Of a stretch of 50,451 bases of DNA, positions 42,495 through 50,451 are shown in pieces. A program made the translations under genes and the position numbers. Source of the stretch: an uncultured Solibacteraceae bacterium (lineage in GTDB: Bacteria > Acidobacteriota > Terriglobia > 20CM-2-55-15); contig CAZPBY010000012.1 in assembly GCA_964584785.1 (NCBI GenBank), forward strand, positions 1 to 50,451. Reading direction: 5' to 3'. The notes below the pieces were generated by a model. That model searched no databases. It saw nothing but the letters and a program-made list of their open reading frames with translations, and was not told the DNA's origin. The first letter of the stretch is position 1. The number at the start of each line of letters is the position of its first letter.

Positions 42495-44660
42495 ATGGCC
42501 ATGAAAACCCATATATGCCGACTGTCGATCCTTGTGGCGCTGAGCTTCAGTCTTGCGCAGGCGCAAACCCGCTCGCCGAGGTTCACGATCGATCAGGTGC
42601 TCAGCCCGGCCTTTCCTTACGGGCTTGTTGCCGCGCGGACCACGGACCGCATCGCGTGGATTGAAAACGAGCGCGGCAAACGGAACGTGTACACGGCCGC
42701 GGCGCCGTCATTCGCGCCGGTCCGTTTGACGGCGACAACTCAAGACGACGGCGTGGATTTGCGTCCAATGCAGATCTCCGACGATGGATCGATCGTGGCG
42801 TATATCCGCGGCCATGCGCCCGGCGTGGGTGGCGAAAGCGACATGCCCGGATGGATCGCCAATCCCGCGGGTGATCCGGACGGCGGAAAGAACGAAGTGT
42901 GGGCAGCAAGCACAAAAAATGATCGGCGGCCGTGGCGTGTCGTCGAGGCGCGGAACTTCACGCTGTCGCCGGACGGACGCTGGGTCTTATACGTAAAGGA
43001 TGGCCAGGTCTATCGTGCAGCCGTGGAGCCAGGCCCCACAGCATCGACGAAGGCTGCGCCGCTGTTTCGCGACTTCGGTGTCAACGGCAATCCGGTCTGG
43101 TCGCCCGACGGCCGGAAGGTCGCGTATGTGAGCACCCGCAAGGATCACGCGTTCATCGGCATCTACGACGTCGCAACACGACGGATCTCTTACATGGCGC
43201 CGGGCGTCGACCTCGATTCCGCGCCCGTATGGTCCGCGGACGGCAAGCGGATCGCTTTCCTGCGACGTCCGGGCCTGCCGTTCGGAGTCAGCTTCAACCG
43301 TCCGCGCGATCTCGGGCGCGATGCTTTGCCCGCCGGTTTTATCGATTCGAAATTCCGCGGCGGCTACACTCTCGCCATCTGGATAGCCGACGTCGCAACC
43401 GGCGAAGGTGCGGAACTCTGGCACAATTCTCCGGGCGACACGATCTGGTCGCGTATCACTCGCATCTACTGGCCGGGTAATCACATCGTTTTCGATGCCG
43501 AACCGAACGACTGGCGTCATTACTTCTCCGTCCCGGTAACGAACCCGCGTCCGGAGCCGCTGCTCTTGACGCCCGGCGAAGGCGAGGTCGAACATGTGGC
43601 GTTCTCCGACGATGGACGCTGGCTCTACTATGCCGCCAACATCGGCGATCTCGACAGGCGGCATCTCTGGCGCGTCTCCGTCGCTGGTGGAACAGCCGAG
43701 CAACTGACCCGCGGGCCCGGCCTCGATACATTCCCGGCAGTGCTGTCGTCGGGCGAACAAGTCGCGGTCATGCACGCGGAAACCCGGCGCCCGCTGCTGG
43801 TGGCACTTGTGCCGTCGCGCGGCGGCGAACCGCGGACGATCACAAAACCGCCTGCGCAATTCCCCGCGGATCTCCACGTCGATCCGCAGCCGGTGATGGT
43901 CACCGCCGCCGATGGACTCCAAACGCACGCCCAGGTCTTTCTGCCGCCCGATTTACAACCCGGCGAAAAGCGGCCGGCGCTTCTTTTCATTCACGGCGGC
44001 TCACGCCAGCAGACACTACTGGGCTATCACTATCAGCAGCCGCACGGCTTCTACCATCTGGCATATGCGATGTGCGAGTACTTCGCGAACAAAGGCTACA
44101 TTGCGCTGTCGATCAACTATCGGACAGGAATCGGTTACGGACGCGCATTCCGCGAAGCACCCGGCGTCGAGGCCGCGGGCAACGCCGAGTATCGGGATAT
44201 TCTCGCGGCCGGCCTCTATCTTAAGCAGCGCGCTGACGTGGACCCGGAGCGCGTCGGTGTTTGGGGCTTGTCTTATGGAGGGATTCTTACCGCGCAGGCT
44301 CTGGCACGGAATTCAGACCTGTTCGCTGCCGGTGCCGATATCGGCGGACAGCATCTGCTCGGCAATTCCGTCGATCCGGCCAGCCTTTCGTTTCAATCAT
44401 CGTCCATTTCAGCGATCGAAAAATGGCGCTCGCCCGTGATCTTGTTTCACGGCGACGACGATCGCAACGTCCGCTTCAATCAAACCGTGGGTCTGGTTCA
44501 ACTCCTCCGTGCCCATAATGTCCCGTTTGAACTTCACGTCTATCCGAATGAAACGCACTACCTTCAACTCTTCGGCCATTGGACGCAGACGTTCAAACAA
44601 ATCGACGACTTTTTCGACCGCACGCTCATTCGTAAAGAAGCGGTGCGCTCGTCGCAGTAG
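42495..44660 (+). CDS. Prolyl-oligopeptidase-family (S9) peptidase with N-terminal beta-propeller, secreted
   Basis: It has a signal peptide, MAMKTHICRLSILVALSFSLAQA. TolB-like propeller repeats carry WSPDG/WSADG motifs. The catalytic triad context is GLSYGG (Ser), HGDDDRNV (Asp) and NETHYL (His). Confidence 0.85.
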   Translation: MAMKTHICRLSILVALSFSLAQAQTRSPRFTIDQVLSPAFPYGLVAARTTDRIAWIENERGKRNVYTAAAPSFAPVRLTATTQDDGVDLRPMQISDDGSIVAYIRGHAPGVGGESDMPGWIANPAGDPDGGKNEVWAASTKNDRRPWRVVEARNFTLSPDGRWVLYVKDGQVYRAAVEPGPTASTKAAPLFRDFGVNGNPVWSPDGRKVAYVSTRKDHAFIGIYDVATRRISYMAPGVDLDSAPVWSADGKRIAFLRRPGLPFGVSFNRPRDLGRDALPAGFIDSKFRGGYTLAIWIADVATGEGAELWHNSPGDTIWSRITRIYWPGNHIVFDAEPNDWRHYFSVPVTNPRPEPLLLTPGEGEVEHVAFSDDGRWLYYAANIGDLDRRHLWRVSVAGGTAEQLTRGPGLDTFPAVLSSGEQVAVMHAETRRPLLVALVPSRGGEPRTITKPPAQFPADLHVDPQPVMVTAADGLQTHAQVFLPPDLQPGEKRPALLFIHGGSRQQTLLGYHYQQPHGFYHLAYAMCEYFANKGYIALSINYRTGIGYGRAFREAPGVEAAGNAEYRDILAAGLYLKQRADVDPERVGVWGLSYGGILTAQALARNSDLFAAGADIGGQHLLGNSVDPASLSFQSSSISAIEKWRSPVILFHGDDDRNVRFNQTVGLVQLLRAHNVPFELHVYPNETHYLQLFGHWTQTFKQIDDFFDRTLIRKEAVRSSQ

Positions 44661-44669
44661 GGAGTGAAC

Positions 44670-46355
44670 ATGAAAGCAGCATCGATATGCTTGTTGTGCA
44701 TCGCGGTCGCCGCGTGCAACGGACCTAATGAGGAGCCAAAAGTGTCTTTAAAAGCAACCGGTGATTCGACTCTTTCGAAGCAGATTCGGCAGTTTGCACC
44801 GACGGACATAACGGCCGGCACGTCGCATCTGTCAGAAGGCGATCGCAAAGCACTCGGCATGCTGATCGAGGCCGCAAAACTGCTCGATCCGCTTTTCCTG
44901 CGTCAGGTTTGGAGCGGCAACGAGACGCTTCGAAAAAGGCTCGAAGCCGATACGAGCCCGGATGGCCGTGAACGATTGCATTACTTCACGATCAACAAAG
45001 GCCCCTGGTCGAGAAACGAGCAGAACAAGCCGTTCATCGACGGCGTACCTTCCGAGAAACCCGCCCCTGCGGCTTTCTATCCGGACGACATCACCAAGGA
45101 TGAATTCAATGCCTGGCTCGCCACACTACCGGAGAACGAAAGGCTGCGGGCGACGGGCTTCTTCACCGTCATTCGACGCGACACCGATCGCAAGTTAAAG
45201 ATCGTTCCGTATCACGAGGAGTACCGTGAATTCCTTGAACCGGCTTCGAAGCTATTGAAGGAAGCGGCCGAGCTCACGACGAACGCCACGCTGAAGACCT
45301 TTCTCACGAAACGTGCCGATGCTTTCCTGTCCGACGACTACTACGCAAGCGACGTCGCGTGGATGGATCTCGACGCGCCGATCGACGTCACGATCGGGCC
45401 GTACGAAACGTACGAAGATGAGTTGTTCGGATACAAGGCCGCATTCGAAGCGTTCATCACGCTGCGTGACGATGCGGAGTCCGCCAAACTCGTCAAGTTC
45501 AGCGGCTACCTCCAGGAGCTCGAAAACAACCTCCCGTTCGATCCCCGGTACCGCAATCCCAAACTCGGAGCCGCGTCACCGATTCGCGTCGTCGACAACG
45601 TGTTTTCGTCGGCCGATGGCAACCGCGGCGTTCAAACCGCCGCGTTCAACCTTCCGAACGACGAGAAGGTGATCAAGGAAAAGGGATCGAAGCGCGTCAT
45701 GCTGAAGAACATTCAGGAGGCAAAGTTCGACAAGGTGCTCGTACCGATTTCGAAGATCGTGATGGACCCGTCACAGCAGTCGCAGATCGCGTTCGACGCT
45801 TTCTTCACACAGATTCTCACCCACGAACTGATGCACGGACTGGGGCCGCACAACATCAAAGTCGCGGGCCGCGATACGAACGTCCGGAAGGAACTGAAGG
45901 AACTTTACTCTGCGATCGAAGAGGCGAAAGCCGATATCACCGGCCTTTGGGCGCTGCAGTATCTCATCGACAAAGGCGCGGTCGATAAAGCGATGGAAAG
46001 GGATCTCTACACCACCTACCTGGCGAGTTCGTTTCGTTCCGTTCGTTTCGGAATAAACGAAGCGCATGGCAAAGGTCAGGCGCTTCAGTTCAATTACCTG
46101 CTCGACGAAAGCGCCGTCCGAGCCGACGAAGCCGCCGCAACATTTGCCGTCGATGCCGCGAAGATCAAGGACGGCGTTCGCAAGCTGACCGGTGAGATAT
46201 TGACCATCGAAGCCGAGGGATCGTACGACAAAGCGAAGGCGCTCCTCGACAAGTACGGCGTGATCCGCCCGGTAATGCAGAAAGGCCTCGACAAACTGAG
46301 GGATGTACCGGTCGATATCGAACCGAACTTTTTACTGGCGAAGGGGCCTCGATGA
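44670..46355 (+). CDS. Zinc metallopeptidase lipoprotein, DPP III (M49)-like HExxH + EExKAD motifs
   Basis: The ATG at 44670 has a GGGAG SD; the ORF track starts at a GTG at 44664. The lipobox is LCIAVAAC. The zinc motifs are LTHELMHGLGPH and IEEAKADITG, which resemble the M49 HExxGH/EEcRAE pair. Confidence 0.55.
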   Translation: MKAASICLLCIAVAACNGPNEEPKVSLKATGDSTLSKQIRQFAPTDITAGTSHLSEGDRKALGMLIEAAKLLDPLFLRQVWSGNETLRKRLEADTSPDGRERLHYFTINKGPWSRNEQNKPFIDGVPSEKPAPAAFYPDDITKDEFNAWLATLPENERLRATGFFTVIRRDTDRKLKIVPYHEEYREFLEPASKLLKEAAELTTNATLKTFLTKRADAFLSDDYYASDVAWMDLDAPIDVTIGPYETYEDELFGYKAAFEAFITLRDDAESAKLVKFSGYLQELENNLPFDPRYRNPKLGAASPIRVVDNVFSSADGNRGVQTAAFNLPNDEKVIKEKGSKRVMLKNIQEAKFDKVLVPISKIVMDPSQQSQIAFDAFFTQILTHELMHGLGPHNIKVAGRDTNVRKELKELYSAIEEAKADITGLWALQYLIDKGAVDKAMERDLYTTYLASSFRSVRFGINEAHGKGQALQFNYLLDESAVRADEAAATFAVDAAKIKDGVRKLTGEILTIEAEGSYDKAKALLDKYGVIRPVMQKGLDKLRDVPVDIEPNFLLAKGPR

Positions 46356-46382
46356 ATAGCCCGTCCAAGGAAATCCGGTTAT

Positions 46383-46509
46383 TTGCATATCACGTTTGAG
46401 ATGGGACATCCCGACGTTTAAACATATTTTCGGACGCAGCTTCCGAAGAATGTCAAACGTCGGGATGTCCCATCTCAAACGTGATATGCAAATAGCCGGA
46501 TGGATAATT
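46383..46509. repeat. 127-bp near-perfect palindrome (about 48-bp arms, 1 mismatch, 33-nt internally palindromic loop) between the M49-like peptidase and the acyl-CoA ligase
   Basis: The left arm atccggttatttgcatatcacgtttgagatgggacatcccgacgttt faces its reverse complement aaacgtcgggatgtcccatctcaaacgtgatatgcaaatagccggat. The 40-bp core is perfect. Confidence 0.65.
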
Positions 46510-46540
46510 GCTCCCGACTGGAGGCCCTGTGCGCGGATTA

Positions 46541-48169
46541 ATGATGAATACGCCCCTGCTTGTCACGCCCTTCATTGATCGAGCGGCGGACATATTTGGC
46601 GATGTGGAGATCGTGTCGAGGTCCGCCGATCGTTCGATCTTTCGTTATACGTATAAGGAATGCGCGAATCGTGCCCGGCGGCTCGCGATGGCATTGCGTG
46701 CTTTTGGTCTGCAGCCCGGCGATCGCGTGGGCACTCTGATGTGGAATCACTATGCGCACCTGGAAGCGTACTTCGGCATTCCGCTGGCGGGCGGGGTGTT
46801 CCACACGCTGAATCTACGCTTGCATCCCACCGACATCGCACGAATTGCCGGTCACGCGGGTGATCGTTTCGTCATCGTCGATGAAGTGCTGCTGCCGTTG
46901 TGGGAACAAGTCGCTGCCGGCTTCAAGCCGGAACGCGTGATGGTTGTATCCGGTTCGCGAGAAAAAAATCAGAACGCGTACGACGATTATGAAACCGTGA
47001 TCGATTCCGCCGCTGCACCGTTTGTACCTCTGGCGGCGCACGAAGACGACGCGATTGGCCTTTGCTACACCTCGGGAACAACGGGCATGCCCAAGGGCGT
47101 CCTTTATTCGCATCGCGCTTTGGCTCTGCATGCTATGACGGTTGCGCTTCCGGACGTGCTCGGTTTGCGGCAAGCCGACGTGCTGCTCCCGATTGTTCCG
47201 ATGTTTCACGTGAACGCCTGGGGCTTGCCTTTTGCCGCGGCAATGCTTGGATTGAAACTCGTGCTGCCGGGCCCGTGTCTGGATCCGCTGAGCATCTGCG
47301 AACTCTTCCGCTCCGAGCGTGTAACCGTTGCCGCCGGTGTGCCGACGGTCTGGCTGACGATGTTGCGCTACATCGAGGAGCACCCGGAAGCATGGCAGCC
47401 ACAGCCGGGCATGCGCATTCTTGTCGGCGGTGCGGCGCCCCCCGAGATGTTGATTCGCGAACTCCGGAAGCGTGGGGTCCATCTGGTTCAAGGCTGGGGA
47501 ATGACCGAAACCAGCCCTGTGGCCACGATCAGCAGCGGCGTGAAATCGACCGTGCCCAACGTCACCGACGACACTCGCGTGGCCATCAATGCCAAGCAAG
47601 GCTTGCCCGTGCCGTTCATCGATATACGGATCGTCAATACGAGCGGCATCTGTCCGCAGGATGGGAAGACAATGGGCGAATTGGAGGTTCGCGGTCCGTG
47701 GGTCGCTTCGGCTTACTTCAACTCCACGGGTGATCGTGAGAAGTGGACGGACGACGGCTGGTTCCGGACAGGCGACGTGGCCACGATCGATAGCGACAAT
47801 TACATGCGCATCACGGATCGGACCAAAGACCTGATCAAGTCCGGCGGCGAGTGGATCAGCTCCGTCGATCTCGAAAACGCCTTGATGTCGCATCCGTCGG
47901 TGTACGAATCCGCTGTGATCGCGATCCCCGACCCGAAGTGGCAAGAGCGTCCCCTCGCCGTTGTGGTGCTCAAGACCGGTGCCGCCGCCACAGCGGAAGA
48001 CCTGCGAGCTCATCTTGCGACGCGATTCCCCAAGTGGTGGCTTCCCGAACGATTCGTATTCGCCAATGAGATTCCGCGAACCGGGACCGGCAAGTTCCTC
48101 AAGAGCAAGCTGCGGGAATTGTATGGCAGCGGCAGTTCAGGAGACGACGATGGCCAAGACAGACTTTAA
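46541..48169 (+). CDS. AMP-dependent acyl-CoA synthetase/ligase (medium/long-chain fatty-acid--CoA ligase-like)
   Basis: The AMP-binding motif is LCYTSGTTGMPKGV, and WGMTE, GEWISS and the conserved C-terminal K (GKFLK) are present. The start could instead be the GTG at 46529, which lies 4 nt after a GGAGG; the ATG at 46541 is chosen conservatively. Confidence 0.85.
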   Translation: MMNTPLLVTPFIDRAADIFGDVEIVSRSADRSIFRYTYKECANRARRLAMALRAFGLQPGDRVGTLMWNHYAHLEAYFGIPLAGGVFHTLNLRLHPTDIARIAGHAGDRFVIVDEVLLPLWEQVAAGFKPERVMVVSGSREKNQNAYDDYETVIDSAAAPFVPLAAHEDDAIGLCYTSGTTGMPKGVLYSHRALALHAMTVALPDVLGLRQADVLLPIVPMFHVNAWGLPFAAAMLGLKLVLPGPCLDPLSICELFRSERVTVAAGVPTVWLTMLRYIEEHPEAWQPQPGMRILVGGAAPPEMLIRELRKRGVHLVQGWGMTETSPVATISSGVKSTVPNVTDDTRVAINAKQGLPVPFIDIRIVNTSGICPQDGKTMGELEVRGPWVASAYFNSTGDREKWTDDGWFRTGDVATIDSDNYMRITDRTKDLIKSGGEWISSVDLENALMSHPSVYESAVIAIPDPKWQERPLAVVVLKTGAAATAEDLRAHLATRFPKWWLPERFVFANEIPRTGTGKFLKSKLRELYGSGSSGDDDGQDRL

Positions 48170-48890
48170 GTCCGTGACCGATTACATCGCTTCGAAACCG
48201 AGGGACGCGCAAGCCGCGCTTAAGCTGGTGCGCAGCGCGATCCGCAAGGCTTTACCGGAGGCCGAAGAAGCGATTGCTTACCAGATTGCCGTGTACAAAC
48301 TGAATGGTGTTCCGGTGCTCTTTTTCGCCGGGTGGAAGGAACACTACTCGCTCTACCCCGCAAGCGACGCGCTCGTCGCGGCATTCAAGGACGAACTTGC
48401 CGGACTCAAGATCAGCAAAGGCACCATCCGGTTTTCACTATCGGAACCAGTCCCTGTGAAGTTGATCGAGCGCATCGCGAAGTTCCGCGTCGAGCAAATC
48501 GCAAAGCGCGACAAAGGCAAAGGAAGCAAGAAGACGGGGCGCGACGCGCAGCTCGAGCGTGTTCGCCGTATCTGCGGCACCATGCCGAGCGTCGCGGAAA
48601 AACCATCGCACGGTGCCCCGACGTTTTTTGTGAAGAAGGACAAAGGCGTTTTCACGATGTTCGTCGACAATCATCACGAGGACGGTCACCTCGCGGTGTG
48701 GCTGCCGGTGCCGGCCGGCATGCAGTCCGCGCTCATCGATGACGCTCCAGCCACGTATTTCAAACCGCCTTACGTCGGTGTGAACGGTTGGGTAGGAATC
48801 GAGCTGAATCAAATCAGTGATGAAACGCTTGAGATCCATGTGCGGGAAGCCTGGGAACTTGCCGCACGCCAAAAGAAAAAGACCCGGTGA
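48150..48890 (+). CDS. Fusion protein: DUF1801 (YdhG-like) + MmcQ/YjbR-like domain
   Basis: The ATG at 48150 has a GGAGA SD and overlaps the ligase 3' end by 20 nt. The N-terminal half reads MAKTDFKSVTDYIASKPRDAQAALKLVRSAIRKALPEAEEAIAYQIAVYKLNGVPVLFFAGWKEHYSLYP. The C-terminal half reads PSHGAPTFFVKKDKGVFTMFVDNHHEDGHLAVWLP...YFKPPYVGVNGWVGIEL. Confidence 0.6.
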   Translation: MAKTDFKSVTDYIASKPRDAQAALKLVRSAIRKALPEAEEAIAYQIAVYKLNGVPVLFFAGWKEHYSLYPASDALVAAFKDELAGLKISKGTIRFSLSEPVPVKLIERIAKFRVEQIAKRDKGKGSKKTGRDAQLERVRRICGTMPSVAEKPSHGAPTFFVKKDKGVFTMFVDNHHEDGHLAVWLPVPAGMQSALIDDAPATYFKPPYVGVNGWVGIELNQISDETLEIHVREAWELAARQKKKTR

Positions 48891-48893
48891 GTT

Positions 48894-50285
48894 TCACCAC
48901 AGGCCAAGAATTTTCCACCAGACGAGGCCGATGCCCAGCCAGAACGCGAGGTTCATCAGCGAAATCAGAAAGCCGAGCTTCCACCACGTCGTCTGCTCGA
49001 CGTAGCCGGCGCCGAAAAACACGGGAGCCGAGCCAGTGCCGTAGTGAGTGATGCCGGCATCGAGGTTCGAGAAGTATGCGAAGGGAAGCGCGGAGAGCAA
49101 CGGCGGGACGCCCGCGGCGACCGCCGCCGCTGCGAAACCCGGATACAACGCCGTGACGTGCGCAGTCATGCTGGCGAAGCCGTAGTGAAGATAAAGGTAA
49201 AGCATGACGAGAACGATCAGTGTGGGAAGCCAGTTCCAGCCTTGAACCAGCCCGAACACGCGACCCGACAGGATCGTAATCACTCCGGTTTCGTTCAACG
49301 CGTCCGCCATCATCAGAAGCGGCGCGAACCAGATCAGCGCATCCCATGATTTTTTTTCGGACAGCAAATCGTCCCACGTCAGCACTCCGCAAAGCAGAAT
49401 CGCGCTGACGCCGGCGAGAGCGACGAACGCGTTCGGTATTCCGTGAAGATCGGACGTGACCCATCCCGCCATGACGGCCAACAGAATCACCACAAGACAA
49501 CGCTCGTTGCGATTCATCGGCCCCCTCTTCGCCAACTCACCTCGCGCGAGTTCGCGCGCCGACTCCGTATCCTTGATCTCCGGCGGATGCAGACGATAGA
49601 TGAGCTGCGGCATGAAGAATAGAGTCAACAATCCGGGAACGGATGCGCCGAGCGCCCATCGCATCCACGTCAGTTGGACGTGCGCGATCTTTTGCGCGAA
49701 GTCGGCGATCAGCGGATTCGCGGCCATGCCGGTCAGGAACATCGCGGACGCGGTGTACGTGGCGTGAAACCCGACGAGCATGAGGAACGATCCCAGACGA
49801 TTTGCCGTCGGCCCGGGCTCCGAATTGAATGCCTGCGCCAGACTACGCGTGATCGGAAACATGATGGCGCCGCCCCGGGCCGTATCGGACGGAACAAACG
49901 GTGCGAGAACGACGTCGGATGCGGCAAGCGAGTAGGCCAGAGTGAGGGAGCTCCGTCCAAACCGGCTGACGAACATGTAGGCGACGCGCATGCCGAAGCC
50001 GGTCGTCGTCACCGCCCGTGAGAAAAGGAACGCCGTGAAAACCAGCCAGACCGTGGGATTCCCAAATCCGGACAGGACGCGCGTCGCGGGCAGCGTGTTG
50101 GTCAGGACCAGTATCGTCATCGCCAGGACGACGCTAACGCCCATCTCGATGGGCCTCGCCACCAGGGCCACAATCGTTGCCACGAAGATCGCGAGGAGAT
50201 GCCGCTGTGCGGCGTTTAGCAAAGGGAGAGGTGCGAGATAGATGAAGAATCCAGGAAGGAGCACCGCGGCCCATCGAATTCTCAA
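48894..50285 (-). CDS. Anion permease of the ArsB/NhaD superfamily (DASS/CitMHS-like transporter)
   Basis: It is a polytopic membrane protein of 463 aa with an internal inverted-repeat topology and a central charged loop (RLHPPEIKDTESARELARGELAKRGPMNRNER). FSNLDAG and TGFG hairpin-like motifs are present. Confidence 0.65.
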   Translation of the reverse strand: MRIRWAAVLLPGFFIYLAPLPLLNAAQRHLLAIFVATIVALVARPIEMGVSVVLAMTILVLTNTLPATRVLSGFGNPTVWLVFTAFLFSRAVTTTGFGMRVAYMFVSRFGRSSLTLAYSLAASDVVLAPFVPSDTARGGAIMFPITRSLAQAFNSEPGPTANRLGSFLMLVGFHATYTASAMFLTGMAANPLIADFAQKIAHVQLTWMRWALGASVPGLLTLFFMPQLIYRLHPPEIKDTESARELARGELAKRGPMNRNERCLVVILLAVMAGWVTSDLHGIPNAFVALAGVSAILLCGVLTWDDLLSEKKSWDALIWFAPLLMMADALNETGVITILSGRVFGLVQGWNWLPTLIVLVMLYLYLHYGFASMTAHVTALYPGFAAAAVAAGVPPLLSALPFAYFSNLDAGITHYGTGSAPVFFGAGYVEQTTWWKLGFLISLMNLAFWLGIGLVWWKILGLW

Positions 50286-50296
50286 AAACCGGCCAC

Positions 50297-50440
50297 AGAA
50301 TTTAGAAATCGGACCAGTCCTGCATTTCTAAGCCGAAAGCCGAAAACTTGAATTGGACGCGTCGCCCGTGTCCAATTTCGGCTTTCGGATTTCGGCTTAG
50401 AAATGCAGGACTGGTCCAATTTCAAAATTCCTCCTGCAAA
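50297..50440. repeat. Palindromic MITE/REP-like element (about 145 bp) upstream of the permease start, at the window edge
   Basis: It has a 28-bp perfect core (ggaccagtcctgcatttctaagccgaaa / tttcggcttagaaatgcaggactggtcc). The extended imperfect arms carry the termini gaatttagaaatcggacc ... ggtccaatttcaaaattc. A central aattggacgcgtcgcccgtgtccaatt is itself a palindrome. Confidence 0.6.
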
Positions 50441-50451
50441 TCAGAATTCGT

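Noticed and set aside
42987-43928. 313-aa minus-strand ORF
   Set aside because: It is antisense to the S9 peptidase gene, which has the GLSYGG / D / H triad.
46814-48013. 399-aa minus-strand ORF
   Set aside because: It is antisense to the acyl-CoA synthetase, which has the AMP-binding motif TSGTTGMPKG.
1-50451. CRISPR arrays, rRNA, integrase/transposase genes, prophage
   Set aside because: No short direct-repeat/spacer arrays were seen. The only repeats are long palindromes (REP/MITE-like). No ORF shows integrase, transposase or phage structural motifs, and there is no rRNA-like conserved sequence.

Overview
This is a GC-rich (roughly 58-60%) bacterial chromosomal segment of about 50 kb carrying around 45 protein genes, with no rRNA, tRNA or CRISPR. 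The gene content looks Acidobacteriota-like: a giant TonB-dependent receptor with a CarboxypepD_reg N-terminal domain, a further CarboxypepD_reg repeat protein, a Ser/Thr kinase and many secreted peptidases. That assignment is inference.

The gene-level highlights are:
1. A tightly coupled LysW-type amino-group-carrier cluster, lysW-lysX-lysY/argC-[class II glutamine amidotransferase]-lysZ-lysJ. The 54-aa lysW is missing from the supplied ORF track because it falls below the 60-aa cutoff. The cluster has an unexpected embedded class II glutamine amidotransferase-like gene and no lysK.
2. A bacterial DNA topoisomerase VI operon, top6B followed by top6A. Topo VI is an archaeal/eukaryotic-type enzyme that is rare in bacteria.
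3. Two separate SPFH-domain (band 7 / stomatin-flotillin family) membrane-scaffold operons. One is a His/Asp-rich NfeD-like gene, a flotillin gene and a minimal Cab-type beta-carbonic-anhydrase-like gene. The other is an SPFH gene, an Arc-like ribbon-helix-helix gene and a DUF3592-like membrane gene, preceded by a tandem palindromic operator candidate.
4. A peptide-scavenging neighbourhood of secreted enzymes: gamma-glutamyltranspeptidase, S45 penicillin-acylase-like, S9 prolyl oligopeptidase family, M49/DPP III-like, M2/ACE-like and an amidohydrolase.
5. A heterodimeric ABC exporter pair, two beta-carbonic anhydrases and a fused polytopic-membrane/spermidine-synthase-fold protein.

At the DNA level there are several long palindromic, REP/MITE-like elements in intergenic regions. 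Two mutually inverted copies flank the acylase gene, one of them contributing its last codons and stop codon. A 127-bp near-perfect palindrome sits between the M49-like peptidase and the acyl-CoA ligase. A roughly 145-bp palindrome sits upstream of the anion permease, with a mini-copy sharing a 17-mer after top6B.

Most long ORFs in the six-frame track that lie antisense to these genes are GC-driven artefacts. All functional calls come from motif recognition by eye, and no database search was run.
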